A stretch of 64,000 nucleotides of DNA from the NCBI GenBank assembly GCA_905178155.1, contig CAJINV010000001.1, positions 11,701,832 to 11,765,831 on the forward strand, in the 5' to 3' direction. A program made the position numbers and the translations under genes. Within the stretch, counting starts at the first letter, position 1, and each line of letters starts with the position of its first letter. This document shows positions 1 to 12,500 of this stretch, piece after piece. The notes under the pieces were generated by a model that made no database searches, was not told the origin of the DNA, and worked only from the letters and a program-made list of their open reading frames with translations. This stretch comes from Amoebophrya sp. A120 (taxonomy: Eukaryota; Protista; Dinoflagellata).

Positions 1-612
1 CGGCGGACCGGGTCAGACAGAATGTCGTAGGCCTCCTGCAGCTTCACGAACTCCTTCGCTTTCTGCTCGTCGGAGCCCTTCGTCTGCTTGTCCGGGTGGT
101 ACACCAGACTCATGTCGCGGAACGCCTTCTTCAGATCCTTCTCCGTCGCGTCGACTTTCACTTGCAAAAATTTGTACAAATCCACGCCCTTCAAGTTGTC
201 GTCAAGCTGTTATTTTTGTGAAATGAATTTGGAAAAAAAAGTCAATCGCTTTCGCTTGTGCGAAAAAAAGCCGTCGATAGCTCGGTACTAAAACCTTTGA
301 ATTTTTCGAATTGATTCAATCAAACACAAATCATACCTTGAAGATTCCCGCCTTCGTGAAGCTCTTCGGTTTGTGGCGGTCGCCCTTGAAGCCAGCGGGA
401 GTGGCCTCGTCGGTGTTCCCCTCGGATTCCACAGATTCGTCAACAACCATGCGTGCCTCTTCCATCTGGGTAAAAAACCCGCGACCGTACGGCTCCATCC
501 GCATTGTCTCGACCTTGACACTGGCCGTCGCCGGCGTGTCCTTCTTTTCGAGCGGGAGCGGCCACAACATGGGCAGGTGGGAGGAGGAACTGCTGGACTG
601 ATCTTGCGTCAT
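1..612 (-). CDS. DNAJC2: Zuotin/DNAJC2 (MPP11)-like ribosome-associated J-domain chaperone, 5' part; gene runs off the window
   Basis: Exon 612-337 (MTQDQ...MEPYGRGF, resembling the zuotin N-terminal EPxG..F motif) joins through a GT-AG intron (336-207) to a J domain: DLYKFLQVKVDATEKDLKKAFRDMSLVYHPDK...FVKLQEAYDILSDPVR, with intact HPD. Confidence 0.8.
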
Positions 613-1543
613 TTTGTTTTTTGTTTTTGAATGCAGTACAAACGAAAATGTAAACGTACGTGTAACGAGAACGTCTGAAGCGAAAATATTTTTACGAAGA
701 ATGCGCGAATGTGTTGATATCTAAAGTTTATTGGCGATATGGATGAAGTTCGGCAATTGGAAATACTATCACGTATTTTCGTTTTGAAAACACATGAACG
801 AACTCGATTTCCTGTTGTGGGTGACATTTACGAAAAAAAACGATGCAAGACCATTACCGTTAAAGAAGGCTACCTTGAAAAAAATTGAATGTGCTCTCTT
901 CGCGTGATGTGACTTTTGGAACCATGTCAGAATTTTTGGATCGTCATCTAGTCTGATCGTCTGCGTATTTTGGAGCTGCAGAGAGCTTTAGCTTGAGCTT
1001 GTTGGATGAAGTGCTGAGTAATGCATAAGAATGATCGCATCAGGTGAGACTGATTTCAAGCATGGGTCGCGCAGCACAGATCTTCTGTAACATTTTTTTG
1101 ACTCGTGAATGGTAGATCCCATCTTCAAGCTTGTTGTCTCAGTTCAGAATCATGGAGTACTTAATTAAAAAAGCTTCGGCGGGAAACACATTTTCGTCCC
1201 AATCTGCAAATGCAATCTCGATCTTCGTCCACTTTCGTGGATTTTCTGTGGGTCGATGGTGTTCGCGCACTTTTCAAACCTGATCCTTCAGCAAATTTTT
1301 TTCTACACAGTTCTTTCGTGTCATTTGCAATTGCGCATCTCATCTGAAAACACTGCTACTATTGTACAAGCGTGTTGGCTCTACCAACGAGACTAAGACT
1401 CTGTGAAAAAAAGAAGTTCGTTTGTCGCTAAGAAAGAGGGATACTACGAAAATGAAATCGCAGAAGCATGATTTCGCGAAAGTTCCCAGATTACTCATGT
1501 TAGTGACATGGCAAACACACCAAAGTCGGATCACTGCCTGCTC

Positions 1544-2701
1544 CTACCCAACGTTCGCAAAAATCGGGCAGCAGCATTCTTCGCGCCCCTTCTTCCGATG
1601 CTCCGCTCTCATTTTGATTATTTCCGAGTTTTTTGCGTTGTACGCATCTTGGATCTGCTTTTTGTCCATGCTTACCAAGCATCCGTCTTGAACGGCAGCA
1701 GCTATTCCATGTTGATCGCCAAGTTTCTTCTCCGGATCGCAATTTTCGTAGGCAATTTCGACCGGCGACTTGTGCGCATTTTGGTCCCACAACGTGACAA
1801 GGCGATTCCGGCGCACATCCAGATGAAGCTCGATCGTTTCCTTCGTTCTGTGGTCCGGCCGGGTCACCCGCAAGCAATTCGGATTCACAACTTTCCACTT
1901 TTCTCTTGGATAAGGACCGCCGCCACCTCCATGAAGGGTCAAGCTTTTGTCGGTGGTTGAGGGGCCGCTGAAATCCAACCAGTCCTCCGTAATGTCGAGA
2001 AACTTCTCATCGTGTTCAGGATCTGGATCATAATTCACTTGATTGGCTGCCGCTTTCCACGACCCGTAGAACGCCGGGTTGAGTACAGTCGCTTTTTTGG
2101 TCGCCCTCTCGTCCGTACTAGCGCTTTTCATTTTCATGCCAGCACTCATCGCATGATCGCTCGCACCACTCGGTCCTTTTTCTGCGGCCGAGGACCGACC
2201 GCTCGGCGCTGCTCCACTTGTTCTTCCCGCCGTTCCGTCGCTTGTGCTTTTCCGTATTATCGCTTCGTGCGTGATGCTGGTTCTTTTCCCGAATTCGTAC
2301 GGCGAGTGCTTGACGTAGGTAATCTGCGCCGAAGCGGTAGTGTTTCCGTGGTAGAAAAAGTAGGCATTCAAGTTGCCGTGCCCCGGCTCGTCGGGCGCCG
2401 GGCTGTGCAGCGTGATCGTGCGATCGGTGCCCGGAACCGCCAACCGAACCGTTTCTCCGTCATTCCCCCCGACAACCCAACTCTCGGCAGCGTACGGCCC
2501 GCCGGCAGTACCGACCAGGGTTGCCCGGTTCTCCCGCTCGACGCCGTGGAAATTGATCCACTCGGGCGAAACGTCGAGAAACTGCTCGTCGTGCTGCGGA
2601 TCGGGGTCAAACCCAAGCTGTCCCGGGGCCGCCTGCCACAACCCGTACAGGCGCGCGTTCAGCTGCCCGGGAACCCGTCCCGGAGGAGAAAAGTTGGCCA
2701 T
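1544..2701 (-). CDS. Hypothetical protein (~385 aa) with a tandemly duplicated domain
   Basis: Intronless ORF, ATG at 2701. Two related units, LYGLWQAAPGQLGFDPDPQHDEQFLDVSPEW...GGPY and FYGSWKAAANQVNYDPDPEHDEKFLDITEDW...GGPY, are separated by an S/G/A-rich linker. Confidence 0.75.
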   Translation of the reverse strand: MANFSPPGRVPGQLNARLYGLWQAAPGQLGFDPDPQHDEQFLDVSPEWINFHGVERENRATLVGTAGGPYAAESWVVGGNDGETVRLAVPGTDRTITLHSPAPDEPGHGNLNAYFFYHGNTTASAQITYVKHSPYEFGKRTSITHEAIIRKSTSDGTAGRTSGAAPSGRSSAAEKGPSGASDHAMSAGMKMKSASTDERATKKATVLNPAFYGSWKAAANQVNYDPDPEHDEKFLDITEDWLDFSGPSTTDKSLTLHGGGGGPYPREKWKVVNPNCLRVTRPDHRTKETIELHLDVRRNRLVTLWDQNAHKSPVEIAYENCDPEKKLGDQHGIAAAVQDGCLVSMDKKQIQDAYNAKNSEIIKMRAEHRKKGREECCCPIFANVG

Positions 2702-3246
2702 GTTAGTTGATGCGTCTTCTACTTGTGCTGGCCTCACGGTATTAACTACGTTTTGCTCGGGGAAGGATTACGTGGTAGTTGAAACATCAATTTGGAAACG
2801 AAAATAGCTGAAATAAATCCTTGAGAGTTACAATCCGTCATCTACTGGGGAACTCATCCGTACACTGGCGATGGGGCGCCTTCACCAAATCGACACTGAA
2901 AAAGAGTAGCGAAGGAGCAAAAAACCCCTGATTACGGTTGCAGGTATATTGACAAAAATGCGACTAGCTTGACCTAATTGTTCTTCTGTAGGTACTTAAT
3001 ACGTGATCGATCATGCAAAAGACACGAGACCGAATCCATATCATCCCCGACAGCTGTCAAGTGGCATCTAATCTTTTGAATCCGACCGATCCATCCACTT
3101 CTACAAGAGCGGGGTATATATTTTCAGATCGCGCGGACACCGAAATCGCATGCACTTTCGCGTACAGCTTTAGTTTTCCCAAAGACAACTGTCGTTTGCG
3201 AAACGAGAGGTACCGCAAACCTACCCAAACACGTTTTCACCCAAGG

Positions 3247-5126
3247 CTATGATCTCCCGCCTTTTTTCAGGTGGCACTTCCGCGCGGCTGGTTGACTGCG
3301 GCTGCGCCCTCTTTTTCTTACTTTCTTTCGCTTTTCTTTTACTTTTTCAAACGTGCTGTCGTCGCTGTTGAGAAAAATGCCACAAAGGAATGCAATGACT
3401 TTCTCGCTAAATGTCGTCTTCATCAACCCCATCGTCGTCTCCGTCGCTGTCGCTGCTGCTGCTTGCCTCTGCTGCTTTTGGGGCGTCTGTATTGTAGATG
3501 CAGAAACAGGTAAATCAATGTAAGTATTGAGAGTTTCTTCGTCCCGACGAAGGTACGTCCTTACTTTGATGAGCCCAAGTGTGCATTCATAGACAAGCGC
3601 GAGATCATCTGAAAAAACGCTTTTTATCAAAATCGTACCTGCGGCAGGTGCAACCTGTGCCATTGGCGGCTGACCCGGGGCCGCAGCCTGTGCGACGCTG
3701 GCACCGCTCGGTCCGGGTGCACCAGCCCCCGCACTCGTTGGATCGAATCGGCGCATGGCTGGTTCGGGATCTGGTGGCAACTCCGGTCTTCGCTGCGTTG
3801 AAGAGAGTTCCCCAGACTTCAACTTCTGATGGGTTTGCTTCACCATGGTCAAAAACCATTCTGCGTCGCCGTAGTCTACGGTTCGCATCATCACAAACTG
3901 GACCAGACCGTGGTGCGGCATGCGCTCGGGCGCGATTTCGTAGGTGCCGCCCCACCCCTCGCTGCAGTAGTGCCGCCAGCAGTTTTCGAACATGCGGTCG
4001 CGCTTTCTACCCTCCTGTTTTTCGATTCGGTTTGTTCCGTCGTTCGCCGATTAGTGTCAGGCTCGTTATTGAGAAGATGCCAAAAATATGCGAGATAATT
4101 TTTGGGGTACTATGACGCAGATCTGGTGTGCAGCAGTTGCACGCAGGGGGAAACGAAAAATATGAATTACCAATCATGAGGATGAGTTTTGTTGTGCTTA
4201 CTATACCTTGACGATCATAATCAATGGGTCCGTTGGGAACCAAAACGGGTTTCCGTTTTCCGTAAATTTGAACGACTGCTGGTCCGGTGCTTCGAGGATC
4301 ATTCGCTCCTTCAACTGCCGCACAAGTTCCTTTCCCTCCAATCTGTTCGGTAGAGCCTCGCGCTTCGCTTCCAGACCCAAGCGGACGGCTTCGCCTTTGG
4401 CGTATGCAACCTGGCGGTGGAGATGAAGATGTTGACGATGGGTAACTAGAGATGATACAAGGGAAAACACAATGAATGTACTGTGATGCTGAGGACTCAC
4501 TCCACTGTCATACCTATCTTGTCAAAAAGTGTGCGAAAGAAAATGGCACGAACGGGTTTATTCTTATAAGTACCTGGATAGGCCCAGTATCTCGTCGATT
4601 CTTGAGAAGGATCTCCTTGTCATGGAGACTCGCAATGGCATCTTCCGCACTTGCTACGTCCTTCATTCGAATCTGTTTTTGTTTCGGGGACATATTGCAA
4701 TTTTGAATTCATAAACATAAGGTCTCAGTGTAGCAGGTGCAGGCAGATGTACACGACACATCGGCATCAGTAACAGTTTCTGCATAACAGAGGAGAGGGC
4801 TTGTGCCTCGGTCGTGAGCACGAGAAAAAGAAAAACCAACGTACGAATGCGCAGGTGAGGCCGTCTTCGTGGTAAAGCGAATGCCTCTCCTCGCCGGGTC
4901 GCTCGCCGCGCATCTTGAAAACCTCCAGAACGTTGCCGAACTTTTCGAAGGTTTTTCGCAGCAGCGTCTCCGAAGCCTCCTGCGGTATTCTGCCAACAAA
5001 CAACTTGACGCCGCCCTTTCTTCTTTCCACGTCGGGTCTCGCATCATTCATGTCTCGTCGCGGCTCCCGGTCACGGTCCCGACCCCGGGACCGCCTGCGG
5101 CTGTCTCGTCGACCACGCCCGCCCAT
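3247..5126 (-). CDS. CELF/Bruno-like RRM RNA-binding protein (multi-exon; 3' end uncertain)
   Basis: RS-rich N-terminus, RNP2 KLFVGRIP, RNP1-like CAF. The next exons read IRMKDVASAEDAIASLHDKEILL...GPIQ|VAYAKGEAVRLGL, typical of CELF-type RRM1. GT-AG introns. Confidence 0.65.
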
Positions 5127-6546
5127 CTTTTTCTCCGATCAAAAATTGCAATCGGAACAAGCACTACAACGATCTAATCGGAGACATTGCTTTTTCAAAC
5201 AGAAGAAAAATTGCGGGCGGTTTTGCGGATATTTCGAGACGTGGTACTCACTAAAAAGGGTAAACAAGGCGTTCTTCGTGTTCTTACTTCATTAATTGCG
5301 ATACATCTTCGTTCCTGAAGATTATGTGTACTATCATGTGTATGTACAGCTTTACTTTCTACTAAGCCTGGATTTTGGTTTCAATCTTTTTCGTGTCCGC
5401 GGGCCGTGGAAGCAGCGAGCCTGATTTTTGCTGAGCAATTTGGCATCCTTAGCCACTGGACGTAGAGAAAGCTCCGTGCGCACAAGTGCAACGGAACCTA
5501 ACAGAGAGAATTTCCTTCATTTTTCGATGAAGCCTTCATTTTTTTTTTCCGTGCGCATCATCTCAAATTTGGTATTTTGAAAGATAGCAAGTGTAGTACC
5601 AAAAGGGATCTCAAAAACAGTAGTAAGTACGCACGAGGTTTACTTTCTGTGTTGATCAGAGGCGCAAGAGTGAGTCAGGATCGGAGTATTCGCTTAGGCT
5701 TAGGCTTAGAAATGATAAATGAAATCCGAGTATAAACAAAAAAAGTTGCTGCAGGGCGAGCTGCGAAGTGGTTTGTGTTCCAATTCGAGGTCTACTCCTA
5801 TCGCGAGCTAGTGATCAAAGGCTTCAAATACAAGCTTCTTTGTCTTTCGGCACTTTTAGCACAAAACGAATGTTGCTGTGTACACGTAGCGAAAGGACAA
5901 CATAAAAAAATACAATTCATCACGCTCGTTGATCTTTCATTTGTACGGCTGTCCTGTATGTTAGGGAGAATCCCATCTTGTACACAGACACGAACTATCG
6001 ACAGATCATCACAGTACCTATTGCGTACATTTCACGAAGTCGATGAATCTTTGGGCACACACGATATTTCCAAAAGAGACCGACCTTGCCCGTGAGTGAC
6101 TAGACACCAATAAAGTGACAGCACATACAGCACACAAAGACACATCCTCACGCTTCCACCCGAATAAAGGAAGGACGAGAAGTGGAAGAACAGTTCTCTG
6201 GCACAAGGCGTACTTCCGCATGCGCGCATGTTGCTACGCCAGTCTTCCGCGTCGTAGATATGTGTCATCATGTCCTTCGCAGTTGCATCTTTGGCTTAAC
6301 GAAGCAGAGGTTTTTTCAGCGCTGGGAGCCTCCAGTATATGACGAAAGCATGACCATGATTATGCATGGTGACAGAATTATTTTCTTGGAAAGTGATAGC
6401 ATCTATATGACTTCAAACTCAGACTTCCTGTATTTTTTCTTTTCTGGCGTAGTACGAGAATCCGGACCAACCACTCGAATATATCCGCCTGGCGCGCTGC
6501 ACCTCGAGGAGGTGAAGCACAGGTACCTCGTCGATAGAAGGATGAC

Positions 6547-9500
6547 TCAGCCTGGAGCAAGGTTAGCTAGAGCCACTGAGTCCTTGAGCGCAAGCACCAG
6601 CTGCTCTTTTACGGACTCCACTTCACTTTGCTCGCTTCCCTTGACGGTCACACGTACTGTGAGCTCCCCGACATCCTTTACCGCGCCGGCGCAAAGCGCC
6701 ACCAAGTGCGGACCGTCGTCGGCCCCCTGGTGCGCCGAAGCCTGACTGACGAGCAGGAATTTCTTCGGACCCGCACCGGCCGCTGCTCCGGCGCCTTGCT
6801 GCAGACCGTGGAAGTTGCAGCACGCGGCGGCCTTGCCCACAAGTTTCGGCAGCATTGCTTCCGCCTGCGGCCCGTCCCGAATCGGGAACTGACAAACTTC
6901 GCCTGCCTGCGTCGTCAGGTGCGTTTTCGCGTTCGCACCGATGTAACTCGCGATCGCATCTTCCTGCCACCGCTTTGCTTCCAGTATTACCGTCGCGGGC
7001 AGGGGCAATCGAAGATTGTCAGCCAGAACGACGGTTTGCTCCTCAGTGCGCGTTGTCATCGTGTGCTCTGCGCCATCCGGTTTTGTTGAGCTACTGCTCG
7101 CGGAAGTTCCAACGCCCAATAAGTCGTCGCCGAAATCGATAGGTGCGGACGCGGGCGAGGGAGCATCCAAAAGGTCCATCAAATCATCGGACGGCCCCGG
7201 CGCGGCTGCGAGCTTCACTTCAGCGGGCTTTGCCGGTGCTGCTTCCGTGATCGTCACGGTCTTCTTGTAGCTCACCTGAAAACCGTCTAGTCCTAGACTA
7301 TCGGACGGATTCTGAGCCGAACTGAGTACTGTCGTCAAGTCCACCGTTGTTTTCAGCTTGCCCGACCGCTCGTCAACGAAGTCGCCAGAGACCAACGCAA
7401 ACTCGCCGTCTGGAAGTAATGGGTTGCGAAGTTTTACATCTGCTAGTTTCATCGAGGGTGCAGTCGTAGTACTTCCGAACTCATTTGCCAACTTTTCCAC
7501 CCTCAGGTCGAGTCGCAAGCTGGTTTGCTTCCTGTTTTTCACGCAACAGTAGATGCAAAGATTGTCGTCCTTTGCCCATACCGTCCATCGTTTATTCAGC
7601 AGTTCTTGCAGTTCCTTTTCAGACACAGTCGGAAGAAAGTTCGTGGCCTGCTGCTGCTGTGCCTGTGCTGCCGCCAGCTGCTGCGCTTGCAACGCTTGCT
7701 GCTGTTGGAGGTACTGCTGCTGTTGCAGCATCGCCATTTGCTGCTGCTGAAGCAAAAGCTGCTGCTGCTGGTCCACTGGTGTGGCTGTTATTTCACGGAA
7801 CAATCGTATTCGTATGTCGAACTTTTTTTTATGCAGACAAGACCGCGAGCAGGGGCCAGAGCCACCACTGCGGCATACAAAGCGACAAAGAGTCTACCCC
7901 AGAAAGAGGAACACCAGCCCGCACGTACTACAAAAAACAAAAGAAAGAAACCTGGCTGCGACGCAGTGGCCGGCTTCTGTTTCCGCAGAACCGAATACTG
8001 CTGCTTGTTCTGCTGCAGCTTTTCTCGCATTGCGGCAAGTGGATCCACGGGCTTTGACGGCGAAGGCGGCGACGTGACGCCAGCGGCTTCTGCTTGCCCG
8101 TTCTGCTTCAGCATGAACAAGGATCCCTCCCCAGGCGGGAGATTGTTCGCGGCTGCCTGTGCTGCTTGCTGCTGCTGGATCAACTTCAGGTCTTCCTGGT
8201 AGTTCGGGAGGTCAGCGTAAGCGTCTTGCGCAGAAATTTCTTCGACCACTGGCGGCGGCTCCTCCTCAAAGAAGGGCGTGTCTAGATCCATCCCAACCGG
8301 CTCCGTAACCGCCTCTTGGTCGCTGGAGGTGAGGTTTTTTGCTGTGTCTCTTACTTATACTTCGTGTCGAAGAGGACTTTCGCCGATAACTTACCGCGAT
8401 CGTACTTTGGTTGTTTACTATCGAGCAGTAGAAGAAGTATGAATATTTTCTTTTTCTATCACCTAACTGCGTCAAAAAATGCAGAGTGAGTCACTACTTC
8501 TTGTACTCAAGCGTTATACCCTAAAGACAGCACGTCCAACTCTGCCGCGGGGTACGAGCCCTCGAGGCCCTGCCTTCTGGTTGAGCCCCACTCCACAAGG
8601 TAGAAGGCGAGACTGGCACGCTCCGACACTTCCACATGTGGTGACATGACCAGTTCTCCGAGCGCTTCCACGAGCAGATTGCAGTACTCGGCGAATTTCT
8701 CGTCATCTGCAGCGCCAAGCCTGGTTGTTAGTTCATTCATCATGTACTACATGCGGGTGCATGATGTAAAAACATCGGTCTATTTTTGACGGAAACACGC
8801 CAACTCTAGCACAAAAATTATAGCGATCCAGAGGTGGTCAAAAAGATGAAGATCATTATACTCGCAGTACTTACTTGCAGAGAATTTTGATCGCCGCCCA
8901 GAGACATGTGACTTGTGTCGTAGGGGGCAGGGAGGACTGTCCCTTGCTCAACAGCTCGTCGAAAATGTTTTTCAAGTACGGCGCTTCGATATGTGACGGG
9001 TACTCCCCCAGAACCCAGGCACAAGCAGCTACCATGGCGGGGGCGCAATTTTGTATCTGGGACAGTTCGTTATCGTTTGCAAGGAGAATAAACCACGTTC
9101 TACATGATGCTGGCGCTACTTTGCGGCTTTCATCTAGTTTTCAGGTCATCCAGAGGGTCATTTCAAAAAATGAGAACGTCCACAAAGCAAGCAGCTCTTG
9201 TTTGTACCCCGTTCCCACTGGTGCCGTCCCCGAGCAGCAAAATTTGCGCCACCGACACCGCGTAGGGCCTGACGCCCTCGACGCGCGCGCAAATGTCGCA
9301 GAATTGGTCCGCGACGAGCTGGGAATGCTCCGAGTGCTTCTTTTTTGCGATGTCGGCAAGAGTATGGATTGCAAAAATGTCTGGGTCTGGAAACTTGTGA
9401 TGCTGGTTGGCGCACCATGAGCAAGCGACAAGTGCTGGCTCAGCATGACAAGTTTCTGAGCTTCTAGGTGTTGCCTATTCTGCATGACAAACGGCGTTTT

Positions 9501-12500
9501 CGCATGACAGAAACATGGGGCTCTTGGGTAACGTGCATGACAGATTTCAGAGTCATGCCAGACAAGCATGACAAACATGAACTCTTCCAGACCCAGACAT
9601 TTTTGCATTTGATACAGAGTCAGAATGTACCAGCCGAAATCTTCGACAAGTTCATACTGCTCCTGCTCGCTATGCATTGCAAAAGCATCGCAATAGTATA
9701 AATTGCAATACAAATTAGCTCAGCATGACAAATGGAATTTGTCATGCTGTTTTACCTTGAGAAAAAGACTTGTGATGCATATTTTTTTTTTTAAATATGG
9801 CTGCGCATGGTTGACAGATTCAGATTCATGGAGCGGCCCCCGGGCGGAATACTTCTGGTGGTAGACGTGGCCCAAGGATTTGCGGCTTCGCGCCGCGACG
9901 ACTTGATGGGGGTCCCGCACCCCCCCTCCGCTTCCAAAAATACTGCTTGTGCGTGCATGCTGCAAAACCTCCGACACCGCGGCACAAAAAAGGAGCAAGC
10001 CCCTATGCACCATACACAAGCGTAGAGATGGAAATCATCGGGATGGAGATATTGGCGACGCCGATCAATGACGCCAGTGGCAGCTAAAACCCGAACGGCA
10101 TGGGGGTAGCTACCAAGCCGAGCGCGCGGATTCGTTTTCCTTTACGTGTCGAGCCGGTAGCAGCGGCACACGCCACATCTCTCCATCTTGCAGCGTCCGG
10201 AAAGATGTGTTTGGGGGCATAGCAATGCGGGGGGATACTATCTACACCGGCTAAGCTGAGCCTGAATTTGTCATGCAAAATTTCTGTTCTTAGAAATACA
10301 ATGTAGCGCAAGCTTCTTAGACAAAAAACTTTGTCAGGCGAGCTTGAAGAGCTGCCCTCGTCCTGTCGTTGGTTTCCTGAATGTTAATTGTCTGCGCTGG
10401 ATTGCATTGAGAGCCAGGCATCTCGAGCGACGCAACACCACCCGTTTTAGCAGTGAAGGGAAGCTCAATTGAGGTCCACCGGGCGCTACCACCCTCACGC
10501 CCAGTGTTCAAAAGATACAGTCCTAAGAGCTGGAGAGCATCCTTAGCCCCCGACAAACCAGCCACAGAACCCGCCGCCTCTTGGGTTCCGTGGAAGTCGA
10601 ACAGGAAAACAAGACCCCAAGCTTGAAAGGCCCAGCGGCTTGCTTCTTGCGAATGCAGTAAAGCGCGCCGGAAACGAGAACTCCACCGAGCTTAGTGATC
10701 AACGCGGAGTTATACACACTTCGCTGCGGTCAACCTTTGCGCAGGGAGTTGGGTTGGTTTTTTTTTTTTCCGCGCGCTATCTGTTTTCAACTCCGCTGCG
10801 TCTTTTGTCCTGGCTTGTGTATTATTTCCTTTTCTTTTCCCAGGCTCTTTCTTTTCTCAGATAGTCTTACTTGCTTTCTTTTTTTTTTTTGCGGAGTCGG
10901 TCGAGCTATTTCTTTTTTTTTTCTCGCGGAAAATTGGACAACGGAACGAAGACATTCTTTGTGGGTTTTCGTCTTTCTAAACGAGACATCGGCCTCGCCA
11001 GCCATAATCTGTCCGCTGGCCAAGCGGGAACAAAAAAAAACAAGGCCCCTGTTTACGCCATCCCCCCAGGTAAGTCATCTCTTAACCTTCCTATGGCGTC
11101 AGGTCGGTAAGAGGTAGAGAATCTATTCGATTCTAACGATGACGATGAATCTACGACTTACGAATCTTAAGAGCGGGCGGGAAACGTGAGCTGCACCCTT
11201 CTGGGCAGAGGTCTCGTTTGCCAACGAACACGATTGTCTGCAAAAAAACAAGACAAAAAATGCGACGCCAGAAAAATTCTCCATGCAATGCCTGCAAAAC
11301 AGAGACTGCGACAAAGTTTTTTCTTTCGATAGCCACCCGTCCTTGTTATGCTTGCGTCTCCAAGCGGCGGGTATTCTTAGAAATACAAAAGCGAACTTTT
11401 TCTAATCTAGAGCTAACAAGTCACCCAGTCAAATCTTAAGCCACCCCCGCGGACCATTTAGAGACCGCGCAGCCTGAATGTTTCTAACTACTGACCCGGT
11501 AGCAGCGGGCGAAGCTAGTGCGCTAGGAACTAACTACTAAACTACGATGGTCCTCATTCCTATTTTTTGATCTTAATGGCGCAGCGGTGCGCACGTCGAC
11601 CGTTATGAAAACATATTTGCAAGTAGTACGAGTACGATACTTTTGCACAGGATACTCGCCCATCGTCAACAAAGTTTTGATGTACTCGTCCCCGCCGGAA
11701 TGCAAATTACTAGACATCTGCATCAGCTTCTCGGCGATCTTCGGAAAGGATTCCTTCGACACGATCTTGTCTAGGATCGAAAGCGCGACAACCCGAATGG
11801 TTTGGTCCTGCTCCTCGATGGCCTCCAGAATGGTTTCGTGCAGCTCGTTTGGCAAAGGAAGCTGCGTGTGGTCGACGGAGGTCCAGCGCTTCAAAAACTC
11901 GTCCACGATTTCCAAGCCAAGGTACCTTTCGATCATAAAGAAAAATTGCGTCCACCACAGAAAATTTCTCATCATGAAAATTTCGATGACAAACTCGATC
12001 GCTTTGAAGACTTGTAGGTACTTATTTCAATCATTCTTTTGAAACGAGGCAGAAAGCCCCTCTAGAACCATTTCATCTCTTCCAGCATGCACGTACCTGA
12101 GATTTCTGTCCGATGAGAACAGAAATGGGCGGATTTTTTCCATTGCCTGTTTGACGACCGGCAGGTCCGGGGGTGACATCACTCTGGTGATGCATCGGAT
12201 GACTTCAAACTCGACGCTTTTGGCCCGCGTCGTCTGCAAGATGTCCTGCAGCGGGCTGCCCAGTTTGCCCGCGAGGCGAGGCTCGAGCGGGCACAGCTGG
12301 GCGAACACCTTCAACAGTTTGATCATCAGCCAGTTGTTGTTCGTTTGCGTCAGCAGCGTGAAGAAGTGCGGCACCAGAATCAGGTAGTTCCGCGCGTTTT
12401 TCCTGGTCAGTTCGAGAAAGGTGTTCACGCACGCGGTCAAGACTCCCTGGTCCTCGTCCGTGAGACGCTCTTTCAGTTTCGGAAACGCGGTGCGCAGGGC

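Noticed and set aside
5692-5709. GCTTAGGCTTAGGCTTAG, a telomere-like TTAGGC repeat
   Set aside because: Only three units, intergenic and internal; compatible with a chance microsatellite.
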